Shown: positions 11,350-21,141 of the stretch, one piece after another
Layout of the letters: each line of letters starts with the position of its first letter
Numbering within the stretch: position 1 is the stretch's first letter
DNA from: an uncultured delta proteobacterium
Lineage (GTDB): Bacteria; Desulfobacterota; RBG-13-43-22
DNA length: 64,000 nt
Direction of reading: 5' to 3'
Assembly: GCA_963802945.1 (NCBI GenBank)
Contig: CAWDKY010000017.1
Span: 384,001-448,000, forward strand
Program-made: the position numbers and the translations under genes
Notes under the pieces: generated by a model
Database searches by the model: none
Told to the model about the DNA's origin: nothing
The model's input: the letters and a program-made list of their open reading frames with translations, nothing else

Positions 11350-12255
11350 TTACCCCCTTGGATGGGCCTTTTGATATACTTCCAGTAAACGGCTCATGCT
11401 GATATGCGTATATTTTTGGGTTGTGGAAAGGGATGAATGTCCCAACAGTTCCTGAACAATTCGCAGGTCGGCCCCGGCATTCAGCAGATGGGTTGCAAAG
11501 CTGTGACGCAAGGAATGCGGGCTGATGGCCGGAGACAGATTTCCCTTGACCACCCTTTTTTTTAACCGGCGGGCAATGGTCCGATCGCTCACCCTTTCCC
11601 CGAACCGATTCAGGAATACGGCCTGAGGATCGGTTATCTTAAATTCCGATCGTTGTTCGGCCTGCTTCAGGGCCTGACGATAGTTCAATAAAGATTGAAT
11701 GGCCTTCCGTCCCATGGGGACGACCCTTTCCTTCCCCCCTTTGCCGATGACCCGGAGCAATCCGAGGGAAAGATCCAGGGAGCTCCAATTCAAATGGGTT
11801 AATTCGGACAAACGTAATCCGGAGGCATAAAACAACTCCAGAAAAGCCTGGTCCCGGAGTTCCAATATGGAATCGGTGACCGGCTCCTGCAGCAGGACAT
11901 CAACCTCTTTTTCCGACAGGAAGGGAGGGATCGTTTTCTCAATCTTAGGTGTTCGAACCTGGGCTATCGGGTTTTCCAGGATCCATCCTTTTTTCTGGGC
12001 ATAGCCGAAACAGGAGCGAAGGGCAGCCATCTTGCGAGCCACCGAGCTTTTCTTGTTTTTTTTATGGAGAAGGGCCAAGAAACCCCTTAATAAAGGCAGA
12101 TCCAACTGACTTGTTTCCTCTATCCCCTGGGTTTCCAGGTAATTCAAAAATTCCATCAAGTCCTGGCGGTATCCACGTAAGGAATTAGACGACAGCCTGC
12201 GTTCGGCCTCATTCTGTTTTAGAAAGTCTTCAATAATTTGACGAATTAGGATCAT
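11350..12255 (-). CDS. xerC: Tyrosine recombinase XerC
   Basis: [24 protein letters not shown] and [12 protein letters not shown] motifs; xerC-hslVU context. Confidence 0.9.
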   Translation of the reverse strand: MILIRQIIEDFLKQNEAERRLSSNSLRGYRQDLMEFLNYLETQGIEETSQLDLPLLRGFLALLHKKNKKSSVARKMAALRSCFGYAQKKGWILENPIAQVRTPKIEKTIPPFLSEKEVDVLLQEPVTDSILELRDQAFLELFYASGLRLSELTHLNWSSLDLSLGLLRVIGKGGKERVVPMGRKAIQSLLNYRQALKQAEQRSEFKITDPQAVFLNRFGERVSDRTIARRLKKRVVKGNLSPAISPHSLRHSFATHLLNAGADLRIVQELLGHSSLSTTQKYTHISMSRLLEVYQKAHPRG

Positions 12256-12426
12256 CGGTCATTTTGCCTTCAAAATTTAATATTTAACCACAAATTTACA
12301 AAAATGTCTATAAAAAATAAATCGTTGCCTTCCTTCATTTTCTTGTGGGTTTGAGAAAAAACGGCTTATTTGTTGGATGGTGTTCGTCCGAGAATAGTTA
12401 TTTTCGTATAAGCACAATAGTAGACT

Positions 12427-13243
12427 TTATAACTGGATTTTGGCCCCTGCCTTCAGATCTTCTGCTTTCATAAGATAGAGGGCGTCGAGTAGTGCGGTCT
12501 GGAAGCTGCCGGGGCCCGAGGAATTGGCAGCAGCCTGTTCACCGGCCAGACCAAAATAAGATAGTCCGCAGGTAGCCGCTTGCAGGGGATCAGGCTCAAT
12601 GGTCAGAAAAGCGCCTATCATCGCCGTTGCCGTACATCCTGTTCCGGTGATGCAACCCATCATTTCATGCCCGTTCAGCACACGATAGACTCGCTTCCCG
12701 TCGGTGATCAAATCCACTGCCCCGGTAATGGCCAGTGTTGTCTTAAGTTCCTTGGCCAAGGACATAGCCGTCTCAGCGGCCTGGTCCACGGTATGAACGG
12801 AATCCACGCCTTTGGTCGAAGATTCCGACACCTTCTCCGGCCAGAGAGAGGATCTCCGAAGCATTGCCTCGAATGACCTGAATTGAAATCTCTTTCATAA
12901 TTCGCTTGGCGGAATCGGTGCGCAGTCGGGTGGCCCCGGAACCGACCGGATCCAGGATCACCGGGACCTTTAGTGTATTGGCCCGTTTTCCGGCCTTCAA
13001 CATGGCTTCGATCCAGGGAAGACTCAAGGTGCCGATATTGAGCACCAGGGCCTTGGCCAGGGCAACCATTTCCTCTACTTCTTCGATCGCATGGGCCATC
13101 ACCGGAGAAGCCCCACAGGCCAGCAGGGCATTGGCCGTATAGTTCATGACAACATAGTTGGTGATGTTATGAACCAGCGGTTTTTTTTTACGAACAAGAA
13201 TCAAATTCTTTGCAGCCTTTTCAGCCATGGTCTGGTCGAACAT
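12427..13243 (-). CDS. thiM: Hydroxyethylthiazole kinase, frameshift near 12840
   Basis: HNITNYV, GASPVMA and IRGNASEI in the 5' ORF; KGVDS and ITGTGC in the 3' ORF. Confidence 0.92.
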
Positions 13244-13327
13244 ATGAATGTTGCCTCCTTAATGGTTTTCTCTAATTTAGTAATTCGGTCGATACAAAGG
13301 ATTCAGGGGTCAAGAAAAGGTCCAAGG

Positions 13328-13485
13328 TTGAAGAACTTGTAATAAGCTGTCACCCCGGTGAAAACCGAGGTCCAAGGTTTTTAAGTAATTAAAATCCTGG
13401 ATTCCGACTGGAGTTTATCCCGCACTTGATGCGGGGTCGGAGTGACGAAAACAGGCTTCCGGCAACTTTTTTACGAGTTCAACAA
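13328..13485. mobile_element. MITE-like element, family B, with internal REP-like hairpins
   Basis: Imperfect terminal IR TTGAAGAACTTGTAATAAG / CTTTTTTACGAGTTCAACAA; internal GTCACCCCGGTGAAAACCGAGGTCCA and TGGATTCCGAC...GTCGGAGTGAC; related copy at 26288. Confidence 0.65.
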
Positions 13486-13574
13486 GGTTTAAGGTTCAAA
13501 AAACCCGTGTACCGTGAACCTTATACCGTATACCGATAGTTTCTTTGCATCCTCGACCTTTGAATCCTGGAATC

Positions 13575-14609
13575 CTATGCCTGCAATCGAAAATGATCCC
13601 AGCCCGAGGGTTTAGCCGGATGTCTTGTCCCATCAGGGAAAAGTAAAGAGATCTGATCGGCATCCCCGGTGATCCTCCCCACTTGCGTCAGGGGGATCGT
13701 AAGGCCTCCTTGAGCCATGATGGAGCGGATGGAGGCCACATGCTCAGGGCGGCAAGTAATCACCAGTTCGTAATCATCGCTTTCCCCCAGAACGAAGTCA
13801 TGTGGGTCTTTGCGGAACAAAAGGGCCGTCTGGCCGAGTGCTTCACTGACCGGAAGTTTTTCTTGGAATAATTCGGCTCCAACTTGACTTTCAACACAAA
13901 TATGCCCCAGATCTCCCAGGAATCCATCGCTGGTGTCAATCATGGCCGTAGCCAGTCCTGCTTGGGCTATGGCCGCCCCCAAATGGGCCTGGTGCGAAGG
14001 GGTGTTGTAAATCTTGACCAGGGGATGATTCTTTATCTCCGGGTCATCCGGGGTTTGAAGAAGGAGCAAAAGCCCGGCAGCCGCCTGGCCTGGATATCCG
14101 GTGACCAGGATTACATCTCCCGGCCTGGCCCCGGAACGCCGCACGGCCTTTCCCTGTTCCGCCTCTCCGATCAGAGTGATGTCGATAAACATCCCATTTC
14201 CTGATCGGGTGAGGTTGCCGCCGATGATCGAGGCGCCGAAAGGATGCAATTCCAAAAGAAACCCCCGATATATCTCTTCGATATCCTGGACCAACATATC
14301 ACCCCTTAATCCAAGAGAGATGAGGGCATAAAGAGGCTTGCCTCCCATGGCTCCGATGTCACTGATGTTGAGGGTCATGGCCCGTCGTCCCAAATCAAGC
14401 GGATCGATACGACCGGTCAAATAATGACGGCCTTCCACCAGGCAATCGCAGGTGACCAAAAGTTCATAACCTGGGCGAGGAAGGAAAGAAGCCGTATCGT
14501 CGCCGATTCCTAAAGTCACCCGTTCTGATCGAAGACCCTCTCGGTTCAGAAGATCACTGATCCTCTGAATCAACCCGAACTCGCCGATATCCATGATCCG
14601 CTCAGACAT
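13575..14609 (-). CDS. thiL: Thiamine-phosphate kinase
   Basis: GEFGLI, GIGDD, NISDIGAMGG, DTSDG, EsDDYEL and C-terminal GWDHF motifs. Confidence 0.95.
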   Translation of the reverse strand: MSERIMDIGEFGLIQRISDLLNREGLRSERVTLGIGDDTASFLPRPGYELLVTCDCLVEGRHYLTGRIDPLDLGRRAMTLNISDIGAMGGKPLYALISLGLRGDMLVQDIEEIYRGFLLELHPFGASIIGGNLTRSGNGMFIDITLIGEAEQGKAVRRSGARPGDVILVTGYPGQAAAGLLLLLQTPDDPEIKNHPLVKIYNTPSHQAHLGAAIAQAGLATAMIDTSDGFLGDLGHICVESQVGAELFQEKLPVSEALGQTALLFRKDPHDFVLGESDDYELVITCRPEHVASIRSIMAQGGLTIPLTQVGRITGDADQISLLFPDGTRHPAKPSGWDHFRLQA

Positions 14610-15240
14610 GACGGCTTGACTCCATTACCTTCCGCAAAATTCTAGCGGCTTCTTTTGGGTCTTCCTGACAACAGACCGCGGAGATGACGGCAATCCCATA
14701 GGCCCCGGTCTTCAACACCTGGGGAGTATTCTCTTGGTTGATACCTCCGATAGCGATAATCGGCAAATCGATCTCTTTGACCACTTGTTTCAGGAGATCA
14801 AGCCCACTGGCTGGGGCAGCGTCTTCTTTAGAGATTGTGGGAAAGACAGGGCCAAAGCCCACATAATCCGCACCTTCCAGGAGGCATTTACGGGCCTCTT
14901 CCAGGGTGCCGGCCGACCCACCGATGACGGCCTTTTGACCAAGGATTTTTCTGGCTAGAGGGATGGGGAAGTCATCCTGGCCCAGATGAATCCCATCGGT
15001 CTGAGAGGCCAGGGCTATATCCAAACGGTCATTGACGATAAAGGTCACCCCTGCTCTTCGGCAAACGGCCTGCATCTGCTCGGTAACCCGGATCATCTCC
15101 TTGGTCGGCCCTGATTTCTGGCGATACTGGATGGTGTCAGCCCCGCCGGCTATGGCCAGTTCGGCAAGCTCCTGATGGGAGAAATGGGATTGAAGCAGGG
15201 TATCGGTCAAGACATGAAATCTTCCAATTTTTTTCATCAT
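14602..15240 (-). CDS. thiE: Thiamine phosphate synthase
   Basis: QYRQK, IVNDR, GIHLGQDD and AIGGI motifs. Confidence 0.95.
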   Translation of the reverse strand: MMKKIGRFHVLTDTLLQSHFSHQELAELAIAGGADTIQYRQKSGPTKEMIRVTEQMQAVCRRAGVTFIVNDRLDIALASQTDGIHLGQDDFPIPLARKILGQKAVIGGSAGTLEEARKCLLEGADYVGFGPVFPTISKEDAAPASGLDLLKQVVKEIDLPIIAIGGINQENTPQVLKTGAYGIAVISAVCCQEDPKEAARILRKVMESSRHV

Positions 15241-15374
15241 GATCGCCCTACTATTGTTGCCATGCTCACCCTCTTAGTCGTGTTTGCCTATTGGCTATTT
15301 ATACTCTATTGATACAGAGGGCACCAGAAAAATTGTTGAAATGCCATGTGGAGTGATAAATTAAAGGAGAGGGA

Positions 15375-15462
15375 TCATCCGAGAACCCGACTCAAGGCCT
15401 GACGAAGTTTTGCCACGGTAAACGGTTTCTGGACGAAACCTGCAGGTCCTCTGCCGGCAATA
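15375..15462 (-). pseudogene. Relic 3' end of a response-regulator receiver domain
   Basis: Minus frame LIAGRGPAGFVQKPFTVAKLRQALSRVLG* matches the receiver beta5-KP-alpha5 end; no upstream domain or start. Confidence 0.55.
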
Positions 15463-15514
15463 AGATAAAGGATTTTTCCCAAAACCTGAAATCTGGAGGA
15501 TATCAGATACCCTC

Positions 15515-16201
15515 TTAGATAATGGAAAGAAGTTCAATCGTAAAAATGAGCACGGCATTCGGCCCTATCAAAGGGGTCCCTCGTTCCCCATAGGCCAGTT
15601 TTGCAGGAACAAATAGCTGCCATTTGGAACCGACCTTCATCAATTGAAGCGCTTCGGTCCAGCCCGGGATTACTCCGTTGACTGGAAAGGTGGCCGGTTC
15701 TCCCCGCTTGTAGGAATTGTCGAATTCGGTGCCGTCGATGAGGGTGCCTTGGTAATGGGTGGTCACCTTATCGGTTGCCTTGGGTTTTTTACCGGTGCCT
15801 TCTTTAATAACTTTGTATTGTAACCCGCTGGGTAAGGTTTTTACACCTTTCTTTTTTCTGTTCTCAGCCAGAAAGGCTTCCCCTTCCTTCTTATTCTTAT
15901 CACCAAGCAATTTCATTTTCTCGATCTGTTTGGCCGTTATTTCTTTTTGAAAAGCGGTTAGAACTGTGCGTATCTCTTCTTCGCTCAACAGGGGTTTAGT
16001 CCCTGAATGGGCATCTTTGAATCCTTTGGTGAAGAGATCCGGGTCGATATCCGCGGGCAGTTGTTTTATGTTCTTCCCTTCAATCAGCCCAAGGGCATAG
16101 CTGGTCTTATCTTTCTGGCTTTTCAGTGTCCCATTCTCGGCTCCAAAGACCTGTGTCACCAGGAGCAAAATCCCCAGCAGCCCGATTAAACTTGATTTCA
16201 T
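15515..16201 (-). CDS. FKBP-type peptidyl-prolyl cis-trans isomerase (FkpA/Mip-like, signal peptide)
   Basis: SYALG, SGLQY, HYQGTLIDGTEFD, VIPGWTEALQLM and LAYG motifs. Confidence 0.95.
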   Translation of the reverse strand: MKSSLIGLLGILLLVTQVFGAENGTLKSQKDKTSYALGLIEGKNIKQLPADIDPDLFTKGFKDAHSGTKPLLSEEEIRTVLTAFQKEITAKQIEKMKLLGDKNKKEGEAFLAENRKKKGVKTLPSGLQYKVIKEGTGKKPKATDKVTTHYQGTLIDGTEFDNSYKRGEPATFPVNGVIPGWTEALQLMKVGSKWQLFVPAKLAYGERGTPLIGPNAVLIFTIELLSII

Positions 16202-16254
16202 TTAAACTCCTTTTCGAATATTTTTTAGAAAGCACGCCTTATTATGATATTTGG

Positions 16255-16283
16255 ATTTCTATCATTTTTTGACGGGCTTGTCA
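16255..16283 (-). promoter_or_regulatory. Putative sigma70 promoter of the FKBP gene
   Basis: TTGACA-N17-TAGAAA on the minus strand. Confidence 0.5.
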
Positions 16284-16286
16284 AAC

Positions 16287-16352
16287 AGGGAACGTAAAAG
16301 CTAAGGGGCGCAGCAGCTTCTTGCCGCGTCCTTCTTGAGTGACTTGTTAGCC
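16287..16352 (-). mobile_element. Integron attC site (66 bp) closing the MBL cassette
   Basis: Minus strand GGCTAAC-AAGTC-ACTCAAGAAGGACGCGGCA...TGCTGCGCCCCTTAGC-TTTTAC-GTT: R''/L''/L'/R' layout with the extra C in L''. Confidence 0.85.
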
Positions 16353-16433
16353 ATCATTTCCTTTTGTGCTGATTTATTGCCGAATATAACTGAAAAATTT
16401 TAATCTGCTAAACCGTAGGCGTATAGTTCAATT

Positions 16434-17285
16434 TTACTTGTAATACTTAGCAAGATTGTTTTCTAGGATGAAAGAATCAAACGGCATACCGTGGGCTGGA
16501 AATATTTTTTTTGCACCTTTTTTTAGAATTTTCTTCCAGCTTTCAAATACTAGTTTGAGATCGATATAAAATATAGGGCGATAATCTGCGCCAGCGTAAT
16601 TTAATAAATTCATCGCTGCATCCCCGCAGAATACTCGTCCATCTTCCATCACGACTGAGATAGAATCATTGGTGTGCCCAGGTGTATTTATTATTATTCC
16701 ATTGCTCCCAATGCTTTTTAAAAACTTTAAATCATCCCTATTTATAATAACATCATTTTTTGTAAGACTGACAGGTGGAAATTTATAGTCTCTGTGCTTG
16801 AATAAATTATATATTGATGTGAGGATATAAATCCTCTTGTTGATTGTTTTGCCCCTAACGCTCACTTTTCCATTTTCTAAATTTGATAAACCTTCTTTGT
16901 TTACAATTACCCTTGCCCCGGAATTCCTTATTAGATCGGCAGCAAAACCACAGTGATCGTCATGACTGTGCGTTAATAAAAGATATTTTATATCCTTTAA
17001 ATCAATTTTGATCTGATTTAGTGCCTGGATAAATTTACTATAATCGCTTTGATATCCAGTATCAATTAATAGATATCCATCTCTGCAGGGTAATAGATAA
17101 GATGTTGTGACTCCGGTTGTAATTCCATAAAATTTTTTGTCTTCTCTATCAAAATATTGCGTAACCATCTTATTGGGATCAGGATTTTCTAAAATATGGC
17201 CGTAAAATTTCAATGCTGCAAATAAAATAATTACTCCAGTTAGAATTGCAGCTATCTTAATAAATGTCTTTAAAAACTTATTCAT
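16434..17285 (-). CDS. MBL-fold metallo-hydrolase with N-terminal membrane anchor (gene cassette)
   Basis: IDTG, THSHDDH, TPGHT, GDA and PAHG motifs; markedly AT-rich; lies between two attC sites. Confidence 0.85.
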   Translation of the reverse strand: MNKFLKTFIKIAAILTGVIILFAALKFYGHILENPDPNKMVTQYFDREDKKFYGITTGVTTSYLLPCRDGYLLIDTGYQSDYSKFIQALNQIKIDLKDIKYLLLTHSHDDHCGFAADLIRNSGARVIVNKEGLSNLENGKVSVRGKTINKRIYILTSIYNLFKHRDYKFPPVSLTKNDVIINRDDLKFLKSIGSNGIIINTPGHTNDSISVVMEDGRVFCGDAAMNLLNYAGADYRPIFYIDLKLVFESWKKILKKGAKKIFPAHGMPFDSFILENNLAKYYK

Positions 17286-17304
17286 TGAATTCTCCTTTTT
17301 GCTT

Positions 17305-17395
17305 AGCTAATGCGGCGTTGACCCGTGGCACGAAGGTTGCGGGGCTGAAGGCCCATGCAAGCAAGTGACATCGGTGTCCAATGGCCTGGTTAGTG
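17305..17395 (-). mobile_element. Degenerate integron attC site (~91 bp) upstream of the MBL cassette
   Basis: Minus strand CACTAAC-CAGGCCA-TTGGACACCGATGTCAC...GTGCCACGGGTCAA-CGCCGC-ATTAGCT; R' has A for G and is followed directly by RBS and ATG. Confidence 0.7.
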
Positions 17396-17596
17396 CCGCC
17401 AGCGGTGGAGCCAATAATATAATTAAGTAGTTTTTCCGAATTGTACCAGAAAATGATCTGATCTGTAAGAAAATATTGATAAATAGTTGTTGGTTAGCGA
17501 AAATTCTAACTGTAAACATCTCAAATTGAACAAATACACCTTTTTCTACTCTTCTACGAAATCATTCCTTAAATTATTGACGGCTTGCATCTGTCC

Positions 17597-17739
17597 TTAG
17601 AGTAGTGTAACAGTAATCACTTTTCAGTCTCGTCATTCCGGACTTGATCCGGAATCCAGTCTTTACAACCTGGCTTCCCGCTTTCGCGGGAATGACGGCA
17701 TTTGGCTATTGTAGAATTTTTATTAATTCACTACCCTAA
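17597..17739. mobile_element. MITE-like element, family A, with paired REP-like hairpins
   Basis: Terminal IR TTAGAGTAGTG / CACTACCCTAA; internal GTCATTCCGGACTTGATCCGGAATCCA and TGGCTTCCCGCTTTCGCGGGAATGAC; inverted copy at 22598. Confidence 0.7.
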
Positions 17740-17762
17740 AGGGATGGAGAAAGGTTTGTTTA

Positions 17763-18299
17763 CTATTTCCCCAATTCTTTCCCGGCTGCTTGAACATAGG
17801 CCTGAAAGGATTGATTTCCAAAGAGAACAAAGCCGACCCGGTCGAATACCGGATTCTCTCGGAGATAGTCGGCCACGGTCGTTACGGCGATGCGGGCGGC
17901 TTCATCCAGAGGATATCCGTAAGCACCGGTGCTGAGTGATGGGAAAGCCACGGACCGGATTCCTTTTTTATGGGCCAGTTTCAGGCTTTCATGATAAGCA
18001 CTGGCTAATAGTCTGGCTTCACCCCTGTTCCCGCCCTGATAAATGGGACCAACGGTATGGATGACATACTTGGCCTTGAGATTGCCGCCGGTGGTGATCA
18101 CCGCCTGTCCGGTGGGGCAGCCGCCGAGCTTACGGCATTCCTCCATGATCGCCGGGCCGCCGGCCTGGTGGATAGCCCCGTCAACTCCGCCGCCGCCAGC
18201 CAAACGGGAATTGGCGGCATTGACAATGGCCTCAGTTGTTTGAAGGGTTATATCCCCTTCTTCTAAAAAGAAAATGGTTTTGCCGATTTTTGCTTCCAT
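17763..18299 (-). CDS. Macro domain O-acetyl-ADP-ribose deacetylase (YmdB-like)
   Basis: GDIT, AIVNAAN, GGGGVDGAIH, HTVGP and STGAYGYP motifs. Confidence 0.93.
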   Translation of the reverse strand: MEAKIGKTIFFLEEGDITLQTTEAIVNAANSRLAGGGGVDGAIHQAGGPAIMEECRKLGGCPTGQAVITTGGNLKAKYVIHTVGPIYQGGNRGEARLLASAYHESLKLAHKKGIRSVAFPSLSTGAYGYPLDEAARIAVTTVADYLRENPVFDRVGFVLFGNQSFQAYVQAAGKELGK

Positions 18300-18400
18300 G
18301 ATGGGTCCCTCCTTCCGCCTACCTTGAAGATAGCGAATTCAAGAAAAATTTTCAAACTTATTTTAGATTATTAATTAATAAGTTACAGTCATCTTTGTAT

Positions 18401-18429
18401 TTGACAAACCCATGAAGATATTTTAAAAT
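18401..18429 (+). promoter_or_regulatory. Putative sigma70 promoter of the ilv/leu operon
   Basis: TTGACA-N17-TAAAAT upstream of the first gene of the plus-strand run. Confidence 0.65.
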
Positions 18430-18457
18430 AAAATTTATCCTTTTAACGGAGTTGATT

Positions 18458-18688
18458 ATGGAAAAGAGAGATCAAGAGTTGATTGACCAACTTGTTCCTA
18501 ACAACCAGGAACTACAGAAGTTAGTGAAAGAACACAAAGAATTTGAGTCCCAGTTGGGAGAATTCAGTAAAAGATTGTATCTTTCCGATGAGGAAAATCG
18601 AGAAAAGAAACGGATTCAAAAATTAAAATTGGCCGGCCGCGACCGGATTGAACAGATATTGAAAGACCACCGGGCAAAGGGGAAATAA
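18458..18688 (+). CDS. Small coiled-coil protein (DUF465/YdcH-like)
   Basis: LVKEH...[10 protein letters not shown] pattern; RBS GGAG; upstream of ilvB. Confidence 0.7.
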   Translation: MEKRDQELIDQLVPNNQELQKLVKEHKEFESQLGEFSKRLYLSDEENREKKRIQKLKLAGRDRIEQILKDHRAKGK

Positions 18689-18690
18689 CA

Positions 18691-20379
18691 TTGAGATTCA
18701 GCGGTGCGCAAATCTTAATTGAAAGCTTGATCCAGGAAGGGGTAACTTCCATTTTCGGCTACCCCGGAGGGAGTGTTACCGATATTTACGACTGCCTGGA
18801 AAAAAGCCCTATCCGCCACTATCTGGTTCGCCATGAACAAGGGGCAGTCCATATGGCCGATGGCTATGCCCGGAGTTCGGGAAAAGTAGGGGTCTGTCTG
18901 GTGACCTCAGGTCCGGGGGCCACTAATACGGTAACAGGAATTGCCTCAGCCTTCATGGATTCCATTCCAGTGGTGGTGTTTACCGGGCAGGTCCCGACTC
19001 CAATGATAGGCAATGACGCCTTTCAGGAAGTGGATATTGTCGGCATTACCCGGCCGTGTACCAAACACAATTATTTAGTCAAAAAGGTCGAAGATCTGGC
19101 TAGGACCATTAAGGAAGCCTTTTATCTGGCCCGTTCCGGCAGACCGGGACCGGTCCTGGTGGATTTACCCAAAGATGTGCTGCAAAACAAGGCGGAATTC
19201 AAATATCCTAAAAAAGTGGAAATGCACAGCTATAGGCCGACCTATAGCGCTCATACCGGGCAGATCGAAAAAGCGGCCGCCCAGATATTGAAGGCCAAGA
19301 GGCCGGTTATTTATGCCGGCGGTGGGGTGATCTCCTCCCATTCCTCCCCGGAACTCAAAGCCATGGCTGAAACCATGACGATCCCGGTGACCACAACCCT
19401 GATGGGACTCGGTGCCTTTCCGGGCAGTCACCCCCTTTGGTTGGGCATGCTGGGAATGCACGGGACCTATTGGGCCAATATGGCTGTGGACCAGAGCGAT
19501 CTCTTGATCGCCGTGGGTGCGCGATTTGACGACCGGGTTACTGGGAAGGTGGATCTTTTTGCCACCGAGGCCCGGATCATCCATATTGACATTGATCCGA
19601 CATCGATCCGAAAGAATGTCTCGGTGGATATCCCGATCGTCGGAGATTGCAAGGATGCCCTGAACAAGCTGAATCAATCCCTTCACAAGCAAGGGAAATC
19701 AGACTGGCGAAAGATTCGTCAACCCTGGCTGGAACAAATCAAAGAATGGAAAGAGACCCATCCCTTGAGTTATGAGCAGGGGAAAAACGAAATAAAACCC
19801 CAATATGTGGTTGAGAAAATTTATGAGGTAACCAAAGGGCAAGCCATCATTGCTACTGAAGTGGGGCAGAATCAGATGTGGGCCGCTCAATTTTATCATT
19901 TCGATCAGCCCAACTCTTTTATCACCTCCGGCGGATTGGGGGTCATGGGTTTTGGTTTTCCGGCCGCTATCGGGGCACAGGTGGCCTGCCCGGATCGAAT
20001 CGTCATTGATATTGCCGGGGACGGAAGCATCCAGATGAATATCCAGGAGATGGCCACGGTCGTCGCCAATCAGCTGCCGGTGAAGATTGCCATACTCAAT
20101 AACGGCTACTTGGGTATGGTTCGGCAATTTCAGGAACTTTTTTATGAAAAAAGATATGCCCAGACTTTCCTTAAAGGAAATCCTGATTTTGTAAAATTGG
20201 CCGAAGCCTATGGGGCAACAGGCCTTCGGGCCTCCAGACCTGAAGAGGTGGTTCCGGTTATAGAAAAGGCCTTGGCCGTCAAAGGCCCGGTGATCATGGA
20301 TTTTGCCGTCTGTCCGGAAGAATGTGTGGCTCCTATGGTCCCGGCAGGGAAGGGCATGACCGAGATGCTGTTGGTGTAG
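18691..20379 (+). CDS. ilvB: Acetolactate synthase large subunit
   Basis: [24 protein letters not shown] and GDGSIQMN (ThDP) motifs. Confidence 0.97.
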   Translation: MRFSGAQILIESLIQEGVTSIFGYPGGSVTDIYDCLEKSPIRHYLVRHEQGAVHMADGYARSSGKVGVCLVTSGPGATNTVTGIASAFMDSIPVVVFTGQVPTPMIGNDAFQEVDIVGITRPCTKHNYLVKKVEDLARTIKEAFYLARSGRPGPVLVDLPKDVLQNKAEFKYPKKVEMHSYRPTYSAHTGQIEKAAAQILKAKRPVIYAGGGVISSHSSPELKAMAETMTIPVTTTLMGLGAFPGSHPLWLGMLGMHGTYWANMAVDQSDLLIAVGARFDDRVTGKVDLFATEARIIHIDIDPTSIRKNVSVDIPIVGDCKDALNKLNQSLHKQGKSDWRKIRQPWLEQIKEWKETHPLSYEQGKNEIKPQYVVEKIYEVTKGQAIIATEVGQNQMWAAQFYHFDQPNSFITSGGLGVMGFGFPAAIGAQVACPDRIVIDIAGDGSIQMNIQEMATVVANQLPVKIAILNNGYLGMVRQFQELFYEKRYAQTFLKGNPDFVKLAEAYGATGLRASRPEEVVPVIEKALAVKGPVIMDFAVCPEECVAPMVPAGKGMTEMLLV

Positions 20380-20387
20380 TTTTAAAA

Positions 20388-20475
20388 GGATTCTAGGGGA
20401 CAAGGGGTCAAGGACCGTAGGGCGGAGTGAAAGGCCTGGAAGTTAAAACCCTCGACCCCTTGAATCCTCGAATCT
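20388..20475. repeat. Inverted octamer tandem arrays
   Basis: GGATTCTA GGGGACAA GGGGTCAA ... CCCTCGAC CCCTTGAA TCCTCGAA. Confidence 0.7.
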
Positions 20476-20488
20476 TTGGGGTTTTATT

Positions 20489-21028
20489 ATGGAAAACAAT
20501 CAAGATCAAAAGCACACGATTTCTGCCCTGGTGGATAACGAGCCGGGGGTCCTGTCCCGAGTGACGGGCTTATTCAGCGGCCGGGGATTTAATATTGAAA
20601 GCCTCTGCGTGGCCGAGACCATGGATCCTCTGGTCTCCCGAATCACCCTGGTGACCCGTGGAAACGATCAGATCATCGAACAGATCACCAAACAACTCAA
20701 TAAGCTGGTCAATGTGATCAAGGTCATGGATCTCACCGGCACCGAATTTGTGGAAAGGGAGATGGCCTTGATCAAGGTCCGGGCCGAGGCCCAAACCCGG
20801 GCTGAAATTCTGCGGATCGTGGATATCTTCCGCTGTAAGGTGGTGGATGTAAGTCCACAGTTTTATACGATTGAAGTTACCGGAAATGAGGGTAAAATCA
20901 GGGCCATTCTTGATTTGCTCAATCACCTTGGTATCAAGGAGATTGCCAGAACCGGAGCTATTGCCATGGCCAGGAGCAAAAAAGAGGTTTTTCCAAAAAA
21001 AGAAAAGAAAGCCCCCTCTGAGATTTAA
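20489..21028 (+). CDS. ilvN: Acetolactate synthase small subunit
   Basis: ACT domain NEPGVLSRVTGLFSGRGFNIESL; EIARTG. Confidence 0.97.
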   Translation: MENNQDQKHTISALVDNEPGVLSRVTGLFSGRGFNIESLCVAETMDPLVSRITLVTRGNDQIIEQITKQLNKLVNVIKVMDLTGTEFVEREMALIKVRAEAQTRAEILRIVDIFRCKVVDVSPQFYTIEVTGNEGKIRAILDLLNHLGIKEIARTGAIAMARSKKEVFPKKEKKAPSEI

Positions 21029-21141
21029 GAAATGAACGGGTTTCAAATATTGAAGGTTCAAGGTCCAAGGCCTGCGGGTAGGCAGGAGGTTCAAGGAAAA
21101 CCATACACCGTATACCTTGCACCCTATACCGATTTTTAGTT

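Noticed and set aside
11350-12255. Tyrosine recombinase as the integron integrase or island integrase
   Set aside because: It has XerC length and the housekeeping xerC-hslV-hslU context, with no IntI-specific insertion evident and no adjacent attI
13244-15360. TPP riboswitch upstream of thiE or thiM
   Set aside because: No CTGAGA / ACCTGA core was found on the coding strand in either upstream region
16434-17285. Cassette MBL-fold gene as a metallo-beta-lactamase resistance gene
   Set aside because: The HxHxDH motif is shared by the whole superfamily; nothing seen is specific to B1-B3 beta-lactamases
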